64,000 nt of DNA from Haliotis rubra (taxonomy: Eukaryota): contig NW_025765914.1 of the NCBI RefSeq assembly GCF_003918875.1, forward strand, positions 310,001 to 374,000, read 5' to 3'. Within the stretch, counting starts at the first letter, position 1. Each line of letters begins with the position of its first letter. Shown here in pieces: positions 49,844-63,000 of the stretch. Both the position numbers and the translations under genes were made by a program. Under the pieces are notes generated by a model. The model made no database searches. It saw nothing but the letters and a program-made list of their open reading frames with translations, and was not told where the DNA came from.

Positions 49844-52800
49844 ATGGCTCAAGTCAGCCTCACGGTTCTTGTAGCGACATCAGTCCTACTGGGACTTGTC
49901 CACTCACAGGGGCCGAAAGCTTCATATGTGAAAAGTAAGTTCTTAAACACGGCTGATTAACTACTGGCATCATAACTGAAATGACATTAATGCGTTTCCT
50001 TGATCCACACAATTACTCACACAATTACTCTGTGACTTTACTGAAGCTTATACTCCTTAAACATTTTACAATTTATCATGTAACAGAAACATGGGTCAGT
50101 AAGTGTGAATAAGGAAGCTCTTAGCAATATTCCTGCAATATCAAGCCGGGGGACACCAGAAATGATCTTTACACATTTTGGGGAATCGAACCCGGGTCAT
50201 CGGGACGAGCGAACGCTTTAACCACTGGGCTACTTGGGTCATTAAGAGCCCTGCCTGGTTTACTCAGTATCAGCATTAAATGCTGTTTAATATGTTGGTA
50301 ATATGTTACTGATATCGAAACAATAAACGGATAAAGAGTACCATCAAGAACATCTCGGTGGTGTTAGATTTCAAACTTTAATTTGAGAATACGAGTAATA
50401 CGAAAAAAAGGTTTTCAGTCGCTTTGTTTTAGTATGATGAATAAAGATTGATTGATGTAAGTTTTATACATTCCACTTTGATTGACTGAATAATCGGTAT
50501 AGCGCATTCTTTTCTCATTAGGCGAACAGGTGAATCATATAGTGTTTAACTTTTTTATTCATGTGATACTGTACCATCTATATGTGAGCGTGATTTTTAA
50601 GGAGCAATACGCATCCGAAAAAGTAAGTATAGCTTGATGTATATTTAAGACCAAGGTACAATTTATATTTTTGTTTAACCCTTACGACTGAAGTTGATAC
50701 AGATGTTTCATATCTACCATGTGTAATGTTTGCTGAGATCCTAAGCGTTTAAAATATCGTTAGATGATGCCACTCGTTTTTTTCCAGTTAACTATTCATT
50801 AAAACATGCTGATAGAAACGTATTAACGTGCGTTAATAATTTCAGGTTTTAAGTGGTTTTAAGAAAAATTGGTAAAGAGATATTTCACACTTGGTATTAT
50901 ACATCATCGGGGATTGGGGTAGCAGAGAGGTTATAGCGTTCGCTGTACGCGCCTAAAGCCGGGTTCGATTCAACATGGATGCATTGCACGAATCCCATTT
51001 CTGATTTCTGTAATATTGCCCAAATATTCGTAAAGTTCACCTTTTATTTCATCTGGTCAGTGAGGAATATGCTGCAACACGCTCGAAGCGATGTAAACAT
51101 TTATCCCCTCAAACATACAAATTCATGAGGGCGTACTCTTGCCACAATGAAGAAACGTTCTACTTGTTTCTATGTGTTTATGTAGTACTGTGGGTTTGTA
51201 AGAAAAAAGGCTTTGTTAAGTGAGTTTGAAATGGTTCGAATGTCAGTAGACTGTTATGTCCACCTGTATTTGTAGTAACTGTCCATGCTTCTAGTGTTAC
51301 TGCATTGTCTTCTGTGTTGTCGCAGTAGTTTTTGTAGTAGTGCTGTGTAGTTTCAGGAGGAAATAACTCTATTTTCCTTTGCGTTTCAATGTTTCCTTCA
51401 TGTTTTCCTTAACAGTTAAAGTGTTCGTGTGTTAGATGCCAGTGTGTATCGGTTGTAGGATTCTGTGATAAGTGCCTGCTGGAGACGGGACTGGGCTACT
51501 ATAGAGTGCCCGGATATTGCAACGTCTTCGCCCATTGCGCAGCCAAAAGTCATGAGTTGCAGACATGCGCACCGGGGGACTTTCTTTGATGGCAAGAAGT
51601 GTCGCCATGCCGAGGAGGTGGACTGTAAAGACGGTAGGGTCTGATGGAACGGACACCACGCAGTGTCATATGTAGTGTTAATGCGCTTTAACTCTTTTCC
51701 TCAGAATGAGTGTCCTGTCTCACTTGTTCTTAGCGGTAGGCAAGTGGTAGATTTCACCCTCGCAATTCTTGGCTCGTCACGCATGGTCCATTATTGGTAT
51801 GAAATATTGCTGGAATATTTTCATATATTTTGTTATCACTTGTTCGTTCATCTGAAAGGAAGATAAGGGAAATCCTCTTCTCAACAATCAGTTATGAAAT
51901 AAATGAAATGTTTAGTTTATGAGAAACAGACCACTCTCATTTTTGGCATTAATTTAACTCTCGCACTTTCATGAAATGACTCGCATGAATGAACGTTTTA
52001 TCATATACGAAACGTGACAGGTACCCTTTACTTCTCTTATTACTCACCGACCGCCTCCGTGTGTAAGAAAGTAAGGTCGCGGGTTCGATCCCCGACTTTA
52101 TGGTAAAAATATGAACTTGTTTATCGGCATATACAACAAGGACTGGTCGGCTCGGAGTCGTATAATGTGTCTGAGTGGGTATTCATGCTTCATTCTCAGT
52201 GGGCTAGCACTATAAAACCAGCTTGTTAATACAAGCTCTTTACTGCACGTCGTCATATGTATTACTCACCACCTCACTTCTAAACCAACTGCCAGTCAAA
52301 CACAACACCCCATTCCACTGACCACATACACCGAGAATACTCTCTGTGTTGAGTTAATAACGTATTAATTTTACATTGGATACATTTGAAAATTTCAAAA
52401 TTTTACAACAATGTTCTATTTGATTTTAAGAGTATATGAAACAATCAATTAATACTTAACGTTAATCTTGTACTCACAATAGCAAGTTACCCCACAACTG
52501 GAAAGTCTCATCTGAGTTATCAGCTTTTTGTATGTTGTTTAACGCACCCAGCAATGTTCCATCTGTGACGGTGGGCAGCAAATAACCAAGTGTGAACAAG
52601 AAAATCCAGTGATTAACATCATGAAATTCAACGTGCATTAAGTACGTCACTGAGCATAAAGTAAATGGCAACTGTAGCCGACACCTGACATTGCGATCTC
52701 ATGAATGTACAATTGTAGATCTGTTTGTGCACATGGACACACGTGGAAGGCGGCAGGAGATTTCCTAGTGTTTAATGCTAGAGCCTTTTAGGACACTTCA

Positions 52801-55800
52801 TTCACCGTTTGATGTTGTGAGACTTTCAACTTACCTAATTTAGATGTGTTTGATGTTAGGTCTGTGTAAGACCATTTTCTTCTCCATGTTGAATCCTAAA
52901 AAATCGCCAATACCCATTTTGTGTTGAATGCTAGATCCTTGTAAGAGGCACCCCCCTGGCTACGCCTACTCCGACGGCGCCTACTGCTACGGCTACTACA
53001 TCTGTGAGAGGCGACGTTCCGTCTACCGTCGTTGTCGTCAAGGCTTCGCCTTCCGCGGTAAACGATGCATACGGTCTCCCAGCTGTAAACAATATTCGTG
53101 GAAACACAAGGGCTTGGGTGAGTATTATCTTTTACGTCTATATACTGTTCTAATTGGTTTACGGATGATACTGATAGCGGTCGAAATAACCAATAGAATT
53201 ACAAAAAAACAGATTTTCTTTCAAGTCCTGATTTAAAGTGAACCTTGATTATACAAGCTAATGCTGCAAGTACGCCTACAATGTTCTAATATTTACAAAA
53301 TGGCGGACGTTTCCGAAAACATATACATAGAACTCCGTATACAACAAACTAATATCCTTTCTCTTGTAGTTCGTTGTAGTCTGCATTATGTTGTACTAGG
53401 CGATTCTTGTTTCATGGTCTCGTGGTATGTTCATTGGTTCTGGATCAGAAAACAGTAATTAACGTTTGTAATTATACACAGTCCGGGGTTTATGAGTGCA
53501 AATACAAGACCTTTTTTCTGATTGCATTTTCGGGACTTAACAATCTACACATAATTACACACAGCGTTTCTTTTTGTGTAGTTGTATCACAAAGATCGAT
53601 ATTCATTTGTAACGTCAATGCTCAAAGACAGGGTTATTGCCAGATATTTCTGTATTTCACGTGTCATTGCGCTTGCTTGTCCATTGCCAAGGTAGAAAAC
53701 GGCTGCGTTTGCTCGATGCTGTAATGAATAAAAAATAACACTTAAGATAACATGGCAATGAAATGATACATGTGGTGAATAATAGATGCTGAGCTTGACG
53801 GTCTCTGTAACAGATTTACAACAGGACCCTTCTTGAGATTAGTAATATTTTCTTGAATTTTAGTCAGAAAAATAGACTGGGCAACATTGATAACGCCTCT
53901 CTTTCTAATGCATTGCAACGACGTCATTATCAGCCTGATATTTCTGTATTGACCTCCAGGTTGTCCACCCCACGTCAACCCGTACCCCGGGAACCCCACG
54001 AAGTTCTACTTGGCTGGTGCGGGCGGGGTAATATACAAGATGCCCTGCCCAGATGGCCTGCTGTTCAACCCCCGCAAGTGCGCATGTGACTGGGGCTTCC
54101 ACCCTCCAAAACAAAGTAAGTAGGTTTTAAACTGGTCTGGCTAAAGTTTGTGTTGATTAACGCCTCTGTCACCATCAGCCTGGTTCCCGGGGTCTGCTGC
54201 GCTAACGCTTGACACTGACCATGGCAATGACAACCGAATGGCGGCTATGACTGCTGGGCGACGCCATATATTTACTTTTGAAAAATCCGAGAAAGGGTGG
54301 TTCTGAATGAATTTGTCATTCTAATATTTAGCCTATAGATGTTTGTTTATATGAAAAGCCATGTATAAGATAGTCAGTGTCGAAGCGTCAGCGCAGCAGA
54401 CCCAGGGAACCAGGCTGCTGTCACCGTTATCTCAGTCTCCATCACGGCGGCAATCACATAATACAGTTTTATTTTGTTTACGTGTGATTTTTGACGATTG
54501 ACATGTTTAATACTTTTGCTACGAAGACAAATATCCACCAAGGACCACATGAAATGTAAAACTGACGGTATTGTTCACGACCCAATCTTCACAAAGATTC
54601 CGTTCTAAACAACACTTACGTAGAAATATTTGTACCGCTATTTGTTCTGTATATAAACATATTAGGCAGCAGAACAAATGCGTATGATATGATACAATGT
54701 CATATGGGTTCCATGTGGTATGACAAGTTCAAGTTGATTCGGATTAAGAGATATTGGATGCCACCATAGAGCTCATGTCATGTAGTATGGCGTCAGGCAA
54801 CAAAGAGTCAATTAATTTGTTTAATGTAAATTGTGTGTATGTCGGCGTTACCGGTTGAAAAGTTGATATGTTTACTTTTACCTGGAGTCATGATTGATTT
54901 TTAGTTTTTTATTCAAATACTTTCCCCTACAACTTTGCCCTTTACGTCCACTTGAATCTGGATATTAGAAATCTAGAATCGACATTCTCTTACTTTGAGG
55001 TTGTATGCATACAAATATAAACTTTTTTAACGCATAAACGAATTTTGAAAGCTTATACGTGGCATTTCTGTACCAAGTTCACAATACATTTGCATAATTG
55101 ACACGCAATAACATTTCTGGCGTTTCTATTTATTCTGCTCTATTTCATGTCATCCAGACCAGGCTAAATCCCCGTCAATTGTTGTTGGGAGACAAACACA
55201 GTTGGAAATTTTTATTGACACATTAGTACAATGTTGAACGTCAAAAGCATAACGAATAACCTGGTGTAATAAATTTATTGCAGGGTGTTCAGCATTGTTC
55301 AACTTCATGTTCAATGGAAACACCCTGGACGAGTTCAACAAGGCCTCATTGACAACCTGTGGTCCCGTGGCTCCGTCTTATGACAAGGTTCGGTTCGATA
55401 AAGGAGGCTATGCCGTCATCTGGATGATGGACGGTCTTGATCTTGACTCGATGTTTGCCTTGACCTTCTTCTTTCACTATCTTGGTAAAGACAAAGGAGA
55501 AGTAGCTCTCATGGCCAACGATTTTAAGGACGATTTGTACTTCACCTTGAAAATGACCCTTGACACAGTCCGAGGAGAGGTTATTGCACGAATGGAGGGT
55601 AAAGATGGAAGGAAGATGGTCCTTGTTGTGAAGGGCGTGGTGAGTATACGAAAGACATCCCCTGTAACACATTACCATGCATGAAATTTATGGAACCCTT
55701 CCTGTATTATGTTTGAAATGTTTCATGTATGGGGCAGTGAGGTACATTAGTGGTTAAAGCGTTCGCTCGTCACGCCGAACACCCGGGTTCGATTCCCCAC

Positions 55801-58800
55801 ATGGGTATAATGTGTGAAGCCCATTTCTGGTGTCCCCACCGTGATATTGCTTGAACATTGCTAAAAGCGGCGTAAAACCATACTCACTCACCTACTTTAC
55901 TTTCATGTATAGTAGAGATGTATATAGTTATATTTAGACCGTTTGAAACCGTCAATCCATCCATCCATTCATCCATCCATCCATTCATCCATCCATCCAG
56001 GTTGTTCAGAATACTTCGATCCAGACATCTTACTATAAAATACCATTTTGTGTCTTGTTTGTCGTTAGAGGCGGTATCGTGGGAACATGCTTGCTGGGTC
56101 AGATGATGCTGTCATCGTATCCTTGTCGCGTAGATATAGGTTAGAAATGAATATGCTTGTCGTGAGAGGCGACTTACGCGACTGGATGGTCAGGTTCGCT
56201 GTCGTGATTGATGCTTGTAATCGCATCCCAATTGAGCAGATCGATGCTTATGGTATCAATCACTGGGTTGTCTATCCCAGACCTGATTATTTATAGATCG
56301 CCGACATTTAGCTGGACTCCGTAATACTATAGGCGGGCGACAACGTCCAAATATTTCCCAGTGTGACTACGTCGACAATAATCCACAATGTGACTTCACC
56401 TGTAACATATTAACGTCGACAACGTCCAAATATACCCCAGTGTGACTACGTCGACAATAATAAACTGTAAGATATTAACGGTGACGACGTTCAAATGCAT
56501 CACAACTACGTCGACAATAATCCACAATGCGACTTCACCTGTAACAGATTAACGTCGACAACGTCCAAATATACCCCAGTGTGACTACGTCGACAATAAT
56601 AAACTGTAAGATATTAACGGTGACGACGTTCAAATGCATCACAACTACGATGACGTTCAAATACATCACAATGTGACTACGTCGACAATAATCCACAATG
56701 CGACTGCACCTGTAACATATTAACGGTTATGACGTTCAAATGCATCACAATGTGACTACGTCGACAATAATCCACAATGCGACTGCACCTGTAACATATT
56801 AACGGTTATGACGTTCAAATACATCACAATGTGACTACGCCGACAGTAATCCACAATGCGACTGCACCTGTAACATATCAACGGTGACGACGTTCAAATA
56901 CATCACAATGCAATGCATGTGGCTTCGGATCCTAGATCTCTCCTATAATTTTTTGGGGGTTGTCACCAAAACTGGTAAACGTTTGGACCTGCATCGATTC
57001 GGGGTTTTCGACAATGCTCTATATGCAAATTATTTCACCATATATTGGACTATAAAGACTTACTTATTGCTCATTAAACCAGGAAGTATAAGTAACACAA
57101 ATCGAACTGACCGTATAGGAAATGCTAGTAAATGATCATGTTTTTGTCAATCCGAAATCTTTTCAGAAGGCTATTGTAGAGAACTTTGTACAATAAGGCA
57201 GATAGAGAAAAGGTGTACCATTGCATTTTAGTCTAGCAAAGAAATATAATGTGTGTGTGAGTGAGTTAAAATTTATCGCCACATCGGCAATATTTCAGCC
57301 ATGTCGTGACGAGAACAATTAATTTTATACATAGTAATTAATGGTAAATTGTTAAAAACCTGTCAACGAAGGACAGTGAAATAACTAGATTATCACAGAT
57401 TCGAATTTAAAACTAGTAATTAAATCTAAAACAGTTTAACTATATATGACAATACAAGGTAAAAACAGGCTATATATTGCCAACAACTGAAGGTAGATCA
57501 CCATAGTAGGGACCATGGGGACTTACAGTACATTTGCTTCCTGCATGGACCCTAGCTGGATTTACACAATCGCTTCAGCTATTAGCAATGTTAGATAATA
57601 TAGCCACAAATTAAGCGAACATATATTCTAGGATTAAAATGGTAGTAGGTTTACATTTACTTTGAATGTTTTGGGACTTACGTACCCTCTCAGGAGGACA
57701 ATATATAATGTAATATAAAGGGTATCAAAGACACACTACCACTTCCTCCGTACAATAAACACGTTGTGTATGTTTTGTTATCCAGGCACCGCATCTGAAG
57801 CATCGTGTGTGGCTGTCTAAATACAAGAGTGCCATACTATTGAAGGTGGACAACCTGCCGCCCACCAAGGTTGTACACGGTACGTAATCACCGCACTTGT
57901 TGATGTTACAGTAGTGGGCATATGTTACAGTAATTGGCATGTTACAGAAATCTATATATACATATGCATATGTGCGTGTGCGTGTGCGTGTGCGTGTATG
58001 AAGATACTCCCTGACACTCCCCTGACGCAGTATACTGACTTCGAGTTTTATGCCCCTAACAAGCTCTGTAACAATCACCAATTTTAACGTCTTTGGCTCT
58101 GACCATCACCTCTTCTTGCAGACTCAGGGCGGTTTGGTAGCCTAGTGGTTAAAACGTTCGTTTTCGTCACTCCGAAGAACCGGGTTCGATTCCCCATAAA
58201 TGTGCGAATCCCATTTCTGGTGTCCCCCGCAGTGATATTGCTGAAATATTGCTAAAAGCCGCGTAAAACTAAACTCACTCACTCATGCAGACTCTGTATC
58301 CACTGTACCAGAGAGGCGGTATTAGAAGACACATGACATCAGTAGTACATACATTTATCACATATCGTATATATCATAATATGGACATAATACCTATATA
58401 CAGGTGCTGGCATAAAGATCAAGAATTCACCGTTGGTCGTCGGCATGTCGCATGGTACCAAGGGCTTTGTGGGCTTCATGGACAACGTAAGTGCTCCCAG
58501 CAACATATGTTTTCATCAACGTCACAAGAATAATATATATTTTATCTAAAATACCAATACATTCACAGTATAACCGAGTAAATGTTACAGTTCATGTGTT
58601 TAGCAACATAATTTCATGACTGTATTCTTCATGGCTGAAGGAAAACCAAGTTCTATGGACAGTCAACGTCTTTATTGCAATGAGTGAGACGTTTCGGTGT
58701 AGGTACTAACACCGTTATCAAGTATCGATTGGAATAAAGAAGTTGACTATCCGCAGAACTAGCTTTTCCATCATCTGCACAACTTCTAAAATGCCTCTCA

Positions 58801-60497
58801 AAGAAGTTCACGACTGAGTGAACATTGAAAATGGGCTGTACTGCCACTTATAATATCAATTGTACCGCTCAGATATGAATTCAGAAACTTTACTGGCTAA
58901 ATGAGAGCTCATACTTTAGTGGACAAAATATGTATTCGTATCGAAGACGATAGTTTTTCGCCAGTGTATTCTGAGAGTAGTAGATTTTAGTATTTTATTG
59001 GTGTTTCTATAAAGCTCTGAATATTATGTTACATTATGAAGACATTACCTGTCAACTTCAGTGTACTCTCCGTTCAAAATAATTCATAAAACAATCGCAT
59101 TGGCACTGTGAAACATTTTAATCTCCCGATAACAAGAGAAATATATGGAGAAACTTGTCTGGGCGTTCTGTGTAGTTTATTTAAAATCGACACGAAATAT
59201 GACAAAAAGCGACAGTTGAGAATTTTAGGTGTAAACTAATGACTCGTAAAGGATGCCAATATCTGATCCTAACAAACAGTCGTTTAACACAAGAGTTACT
59301 GCTAATACAAAAAGGTTTAACACTCCTTGCAAAGCTTTACGTACTTTGGACTAATGAGTGATAATGACGAGCACGTTGATGTTATTGAGTACAATCCGAT
59401 TAGTTTTTCTGTCTTCTTGGATTTGTCACCAACCGTTTATATTCTGTATTATTTTTGTAAAGGTTATGTTCGAGTACATGTAGCAATTTGCATAATAGAT
59501 CATAGCGTACATCGTCCTCGTAAAATCCTCTGTCAATCATGATTGAGTATATTGCTTTTTGACTATATACTTAAGGTAAGTTGTTAAAAAATGCTGTAAT
59601 ATAGAGAACACAAAGTCAACAATATTGCCGCAATAGAATATTTATTTTTTAAAATGTTTTCGAGGGACAGAATGTCAGGTTTTCAAGCTGTCAAGATACT
59701 GAAACATTCTTCAGAAATATTTTTGAGACACTTGTTGAAAATAGGCCCAGTTCAATCTTTGATACCTTATATAGAATATGTACCTTTCAAGGAAACCCCA
59801 TAGAGCTTGACATGTTTCGCGAACATGTGCTGTCATCATTGATTTTACAGTGATTAATCCATGCAGTCATCATTACTATCTTGATGTTTTGTTCAAGGGA
59901 AATACGACCCGTGAAGATCCGGGTTAGAATTGATCTTCAGTAACGGGTACTAACCCATGCTTGTCGTAAGAGGTGACTAACGGCATTGGGTGGTCAGGCT
60001 TGCTGACTTGGTTGACACATGTCATCGCATCCCAATGGCGTAGATCGATGCTCATGCTGTTGGTCACTGGATTGTCTAGTTCAGACTCGCTTATTTACAT
60101 ACCGTCGAAATATAGCTGAAATATTGCTGAGTGCGGCGTAAAACTAAACTCACTCACTCACTCAAGGAAGAGGCTGTGTATGTTTGATCCACGAAGATAC
60201 AGGTTAGAAATGACCCATGCTGGTCGTAAGCGGCGTTAAATATGGCGTTAAATATGGCGTTAAACAGCAAACAAACTGATTGTTTTCTTTCGTTGATGAA
60301 GACATATTTAAAATATCGTCGTTGTTCTGTTATTAATTGTTGATGTTTGATAACTGTCATTCTGTGCATTTCGGTCATCATTACCTGTTTGTTGCGTGTT
60401 CACTACTTGTCATACTTCCCTGTTGCAGATCAGACTGACCAGGTGCCCGGAAGAGGTGGCCCGACCTTCCCATGTTTTGAAGAGATATGGGGGTTAA
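49844..60497 (+). CDS. Pif-like secreted protein: signal peptide + three chitin-binding type-2 (peritrophin-A-like) modules + laminin G domain
   Basis: Exons 49844-49934 (MAQVSLTVLVATSVLLGLVHS), 51459-51633 (CDKC...CNVFAHC...CAPG/TFFDGKKC...DC; one extra G in GGGGG 51574-51578), 52935-53117 (DPC...CYGYYIC...CRQGFAF...C...C), 53960-54115 (C...KMPCPDGLLFNPRKCACD), 55284-55639, 57786-57879, 58404-58486 (SPLVVG...FVGFMDN) and 60429-60497 (IRLTRC...*). AATAAA at about 60608. Confidence 0.85.
54176..54417. mobile_element. MITE with ~44-bp TIRs and 10-bp TSD (Mutator-like by TSD length)
   Basis: CAGCCTGGTTCCC.GGGTCTGCTGCGCT.ACGCTT... inverted at both ends; TSD CTGTCACCAT (54166-54175) / CTGTCACCGT (54418-54427). 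Confidence 0.85.
55731..55891 (+). mobile_element. SINE family B copy
   Basis: tRNA-like head, GGTTCGATTCCCC box B, (ACTC)n tail. Confidence 0.85.
56340..56910 (+). repeat. ~79-bp tandem repeat with deletion variants
   Basis: GTGACTACGTCGACAATAATCCACAATG at 56673 and 56752, among others. Confidence 0.85.
58657..58752 (-). mobile_element. Penelope-like terminal fragment with hammerhead-type motif
   Basis: Minus strand CTTGATAA-CGGTGT-tagtacct-ACACCG-AAACGTC followed by AATAAA, enclosed in a ~25-bp inverted duplication. Confidence 0.5.
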
Positions 60498-62004
60498 CCT
60501 GTGACGTAGGAGACGTTCCACGACTCTCACAGCATAGAAACTCAAGTTGTGGTGACGTGAAAAGTATTCCTCCACCATCTTTCACGTATGCCCCCTTTAC
60601 GGTTTCAATAAATAAACATATTTGTCTGGTAATGACATTTTGTATTTGGTCGACGAATTTCCATGTACAGAGGGGCGGTGGGGTAGCCAAGTGGTTAAGC
60701 GTTCACTCGTCTTGCCGAAGACCCGGGTTCAATTCCCTACATAGGTACATACACGGGTAAGAACTGATCTTCAGTAACCCATGCTTGTCGTAAGAGGAGA
60801 CTAACGGGATCGGGTCTGTACCCCAATGGCGTAGGTCGATGCTCATGCTGTTGATCACTGGATTGTCTAGTCCAGACTTGATTATTTACAGACCGCCGCC
60901 ATATAGCTGGAATATTGTTGAGTGCGGCGTAAAACTAAACCCACTTACAGAGGTATGGGTCAATTCTTCGGGTACAGCACGGCGTGAGACGTGTGTGTTT
61001 AGAAGTTGCGACAGAGCAGGTTAAGAAAGAGATCCGGACATTGTACTCATATAATGGATACAGTAAGAGGGCATTCTCGCGATCTCAAACCTTTGGGAAC
61101 AAGCTAAATATGCCAAATGTGTGAGGATGCCAGAGCGCGAGAACTAAGGATTTGGCCTAAATGTCGCGTTCTCGCATTCTGGTGATTTTTGTACAAGGCA
61201 CTTCTCGTCAAAACTCGACAATATATTAATGTGACCCTTGGACATGCTGTAAAATCTGGTAATCTAGCAATCGCGATCAGGACACAAATGGATGAAATCG
61301 CGAGAATGCGAGAATACTCACACGTAATGCCATGGTCAAGGCGCATGCGCAGGTTATCAGTGAGAAATTGAACCGGAGTTTCAAAGTGAACTATCAAAGC
61401 TTCAAACACAATTCCACTACGATCTGATCAGAACAGACAACAACTCCCATGCTCCGTGTGAGATCACATCTAATCTGGGTAAAATCACAAGATCTGTGTC
61501 AGAACACAAGTTACTGGAATGATAGTATCTATAAAACTTTATTGATGCAATTATTACAGGTATAACATAACAATCGTTTTCACAATAACGTACGGGTTAC
61601 AACGTACACCGATGGCTGTAAAATCATTATCCATACTAAAAATCACGTTCTTAATTTTCGGAGTTTCATCGACAATAAATAGACAGTTTTCAACTTACTG
61701 GGTGAGAATAAGTAAACCTGAACACTTTCCTGATCATGAGACATGGGGGATGTTGATTTACTTCGTGAAACGCCGGCACTTGTGCCATGAACATGTTGGA
61801 TGTGATGTAAATTGTGATATTGATTTAAATAATTCATCTTTAATGGTTGCGAATGATTTACTGAAGGTTCTACCAGGACCTGCTCGATAATTGCCATAAC
61901 TCGTACCTGACTGAGAAAACCCACGTGTGCCAGAGACAACAGCAAACGCATATGGTTGAAAACACCTGACACGTAGACTGGGTCTGATGCATAACAGAAA
62001 CGAC

Positions 62005-63000
62005 GGTACGTTGATGCATCATTAAAATGACTTACGTTGATGCATCATAGAAAATACTGTACGTTAATGCATCATAGACATGACTACGTTGATGCATCAT
62101 TAAAATGACTTACGTTGATGCATCATTTAAATGACTTACGTTGATGCATCATAGAAAAGACTGTACGTTGATGCATCATAGACATGACTACGTTGATGCA
62201 TCATTGAAATGACTTACGTTGATGCCTAATAGAAATGACTGTACGTTGATGCATCATAGAAGACACTGTACGTTGATGCATCATAGACATGACTACGTTG
62301 ATGCATCATAGACATGACTATATGTTGATGCATCACTGAAATGATAACGTTGATGCATGATTGAAATGACTGTACGTTACGTTGATGCATCATTAAAATG
62401 ACTTACAGGTACGTTCATTCATAATAGAAAAGATTGTACGTTGATGCATCATAGACATGACTGTACGTTGATGCATCATAGAAATGACTGTACGTTGATG
62501 CATCATAGACATGACTACGTTGATGCATCATTGAAATGACTTACGTTGATGCCTAATAGAAATGACTACGTTGATGCATCATAGACATGACTACGTTGAT
62601 GCATCATAGACATGACTATATGTTGATGCATCACTGAAATGATAACGTTGATGCATCATTAAAATGACTTACAGGTACGTTCATTCATAATAGAAAAGAT
62701 TGTACGTTGATGCATCATAGACATGACTGTACGTTGATGCATCATAGAAATGACTGTACGTTGATGCATCATAGAAAAGACTGTACGTTGATGCGTCATA
62801 GACATGACTGTACGTTGATGTATCATAGACATGACTGTACGTTGATGCATCATAGACATAGCTATACGTTAATGCACCATTGAAATGACTACGCTGATGG
62901 ATCATTGAATTGACTGTACGTTGATGCATCATTTAAATGTTTACGTTGATGCATCATTAAAATGACTGTACGTTGATGCATCATAGACATGACTGCACTT
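62005..63000 (+). repeat. 25-27-bp minisatellite built on the palindrome TGATGCATCA
   Basis: Unit GTTGATGCATCATAGACATGACT(GT)AC. Confidence 0.93.

Noticed and set aside
62659-62932. Repetitive ORFs (MSMMHQRTV / YDASTYSHV)
   Set aside because: Chance open frames within the 25-27-bp minisatellite.
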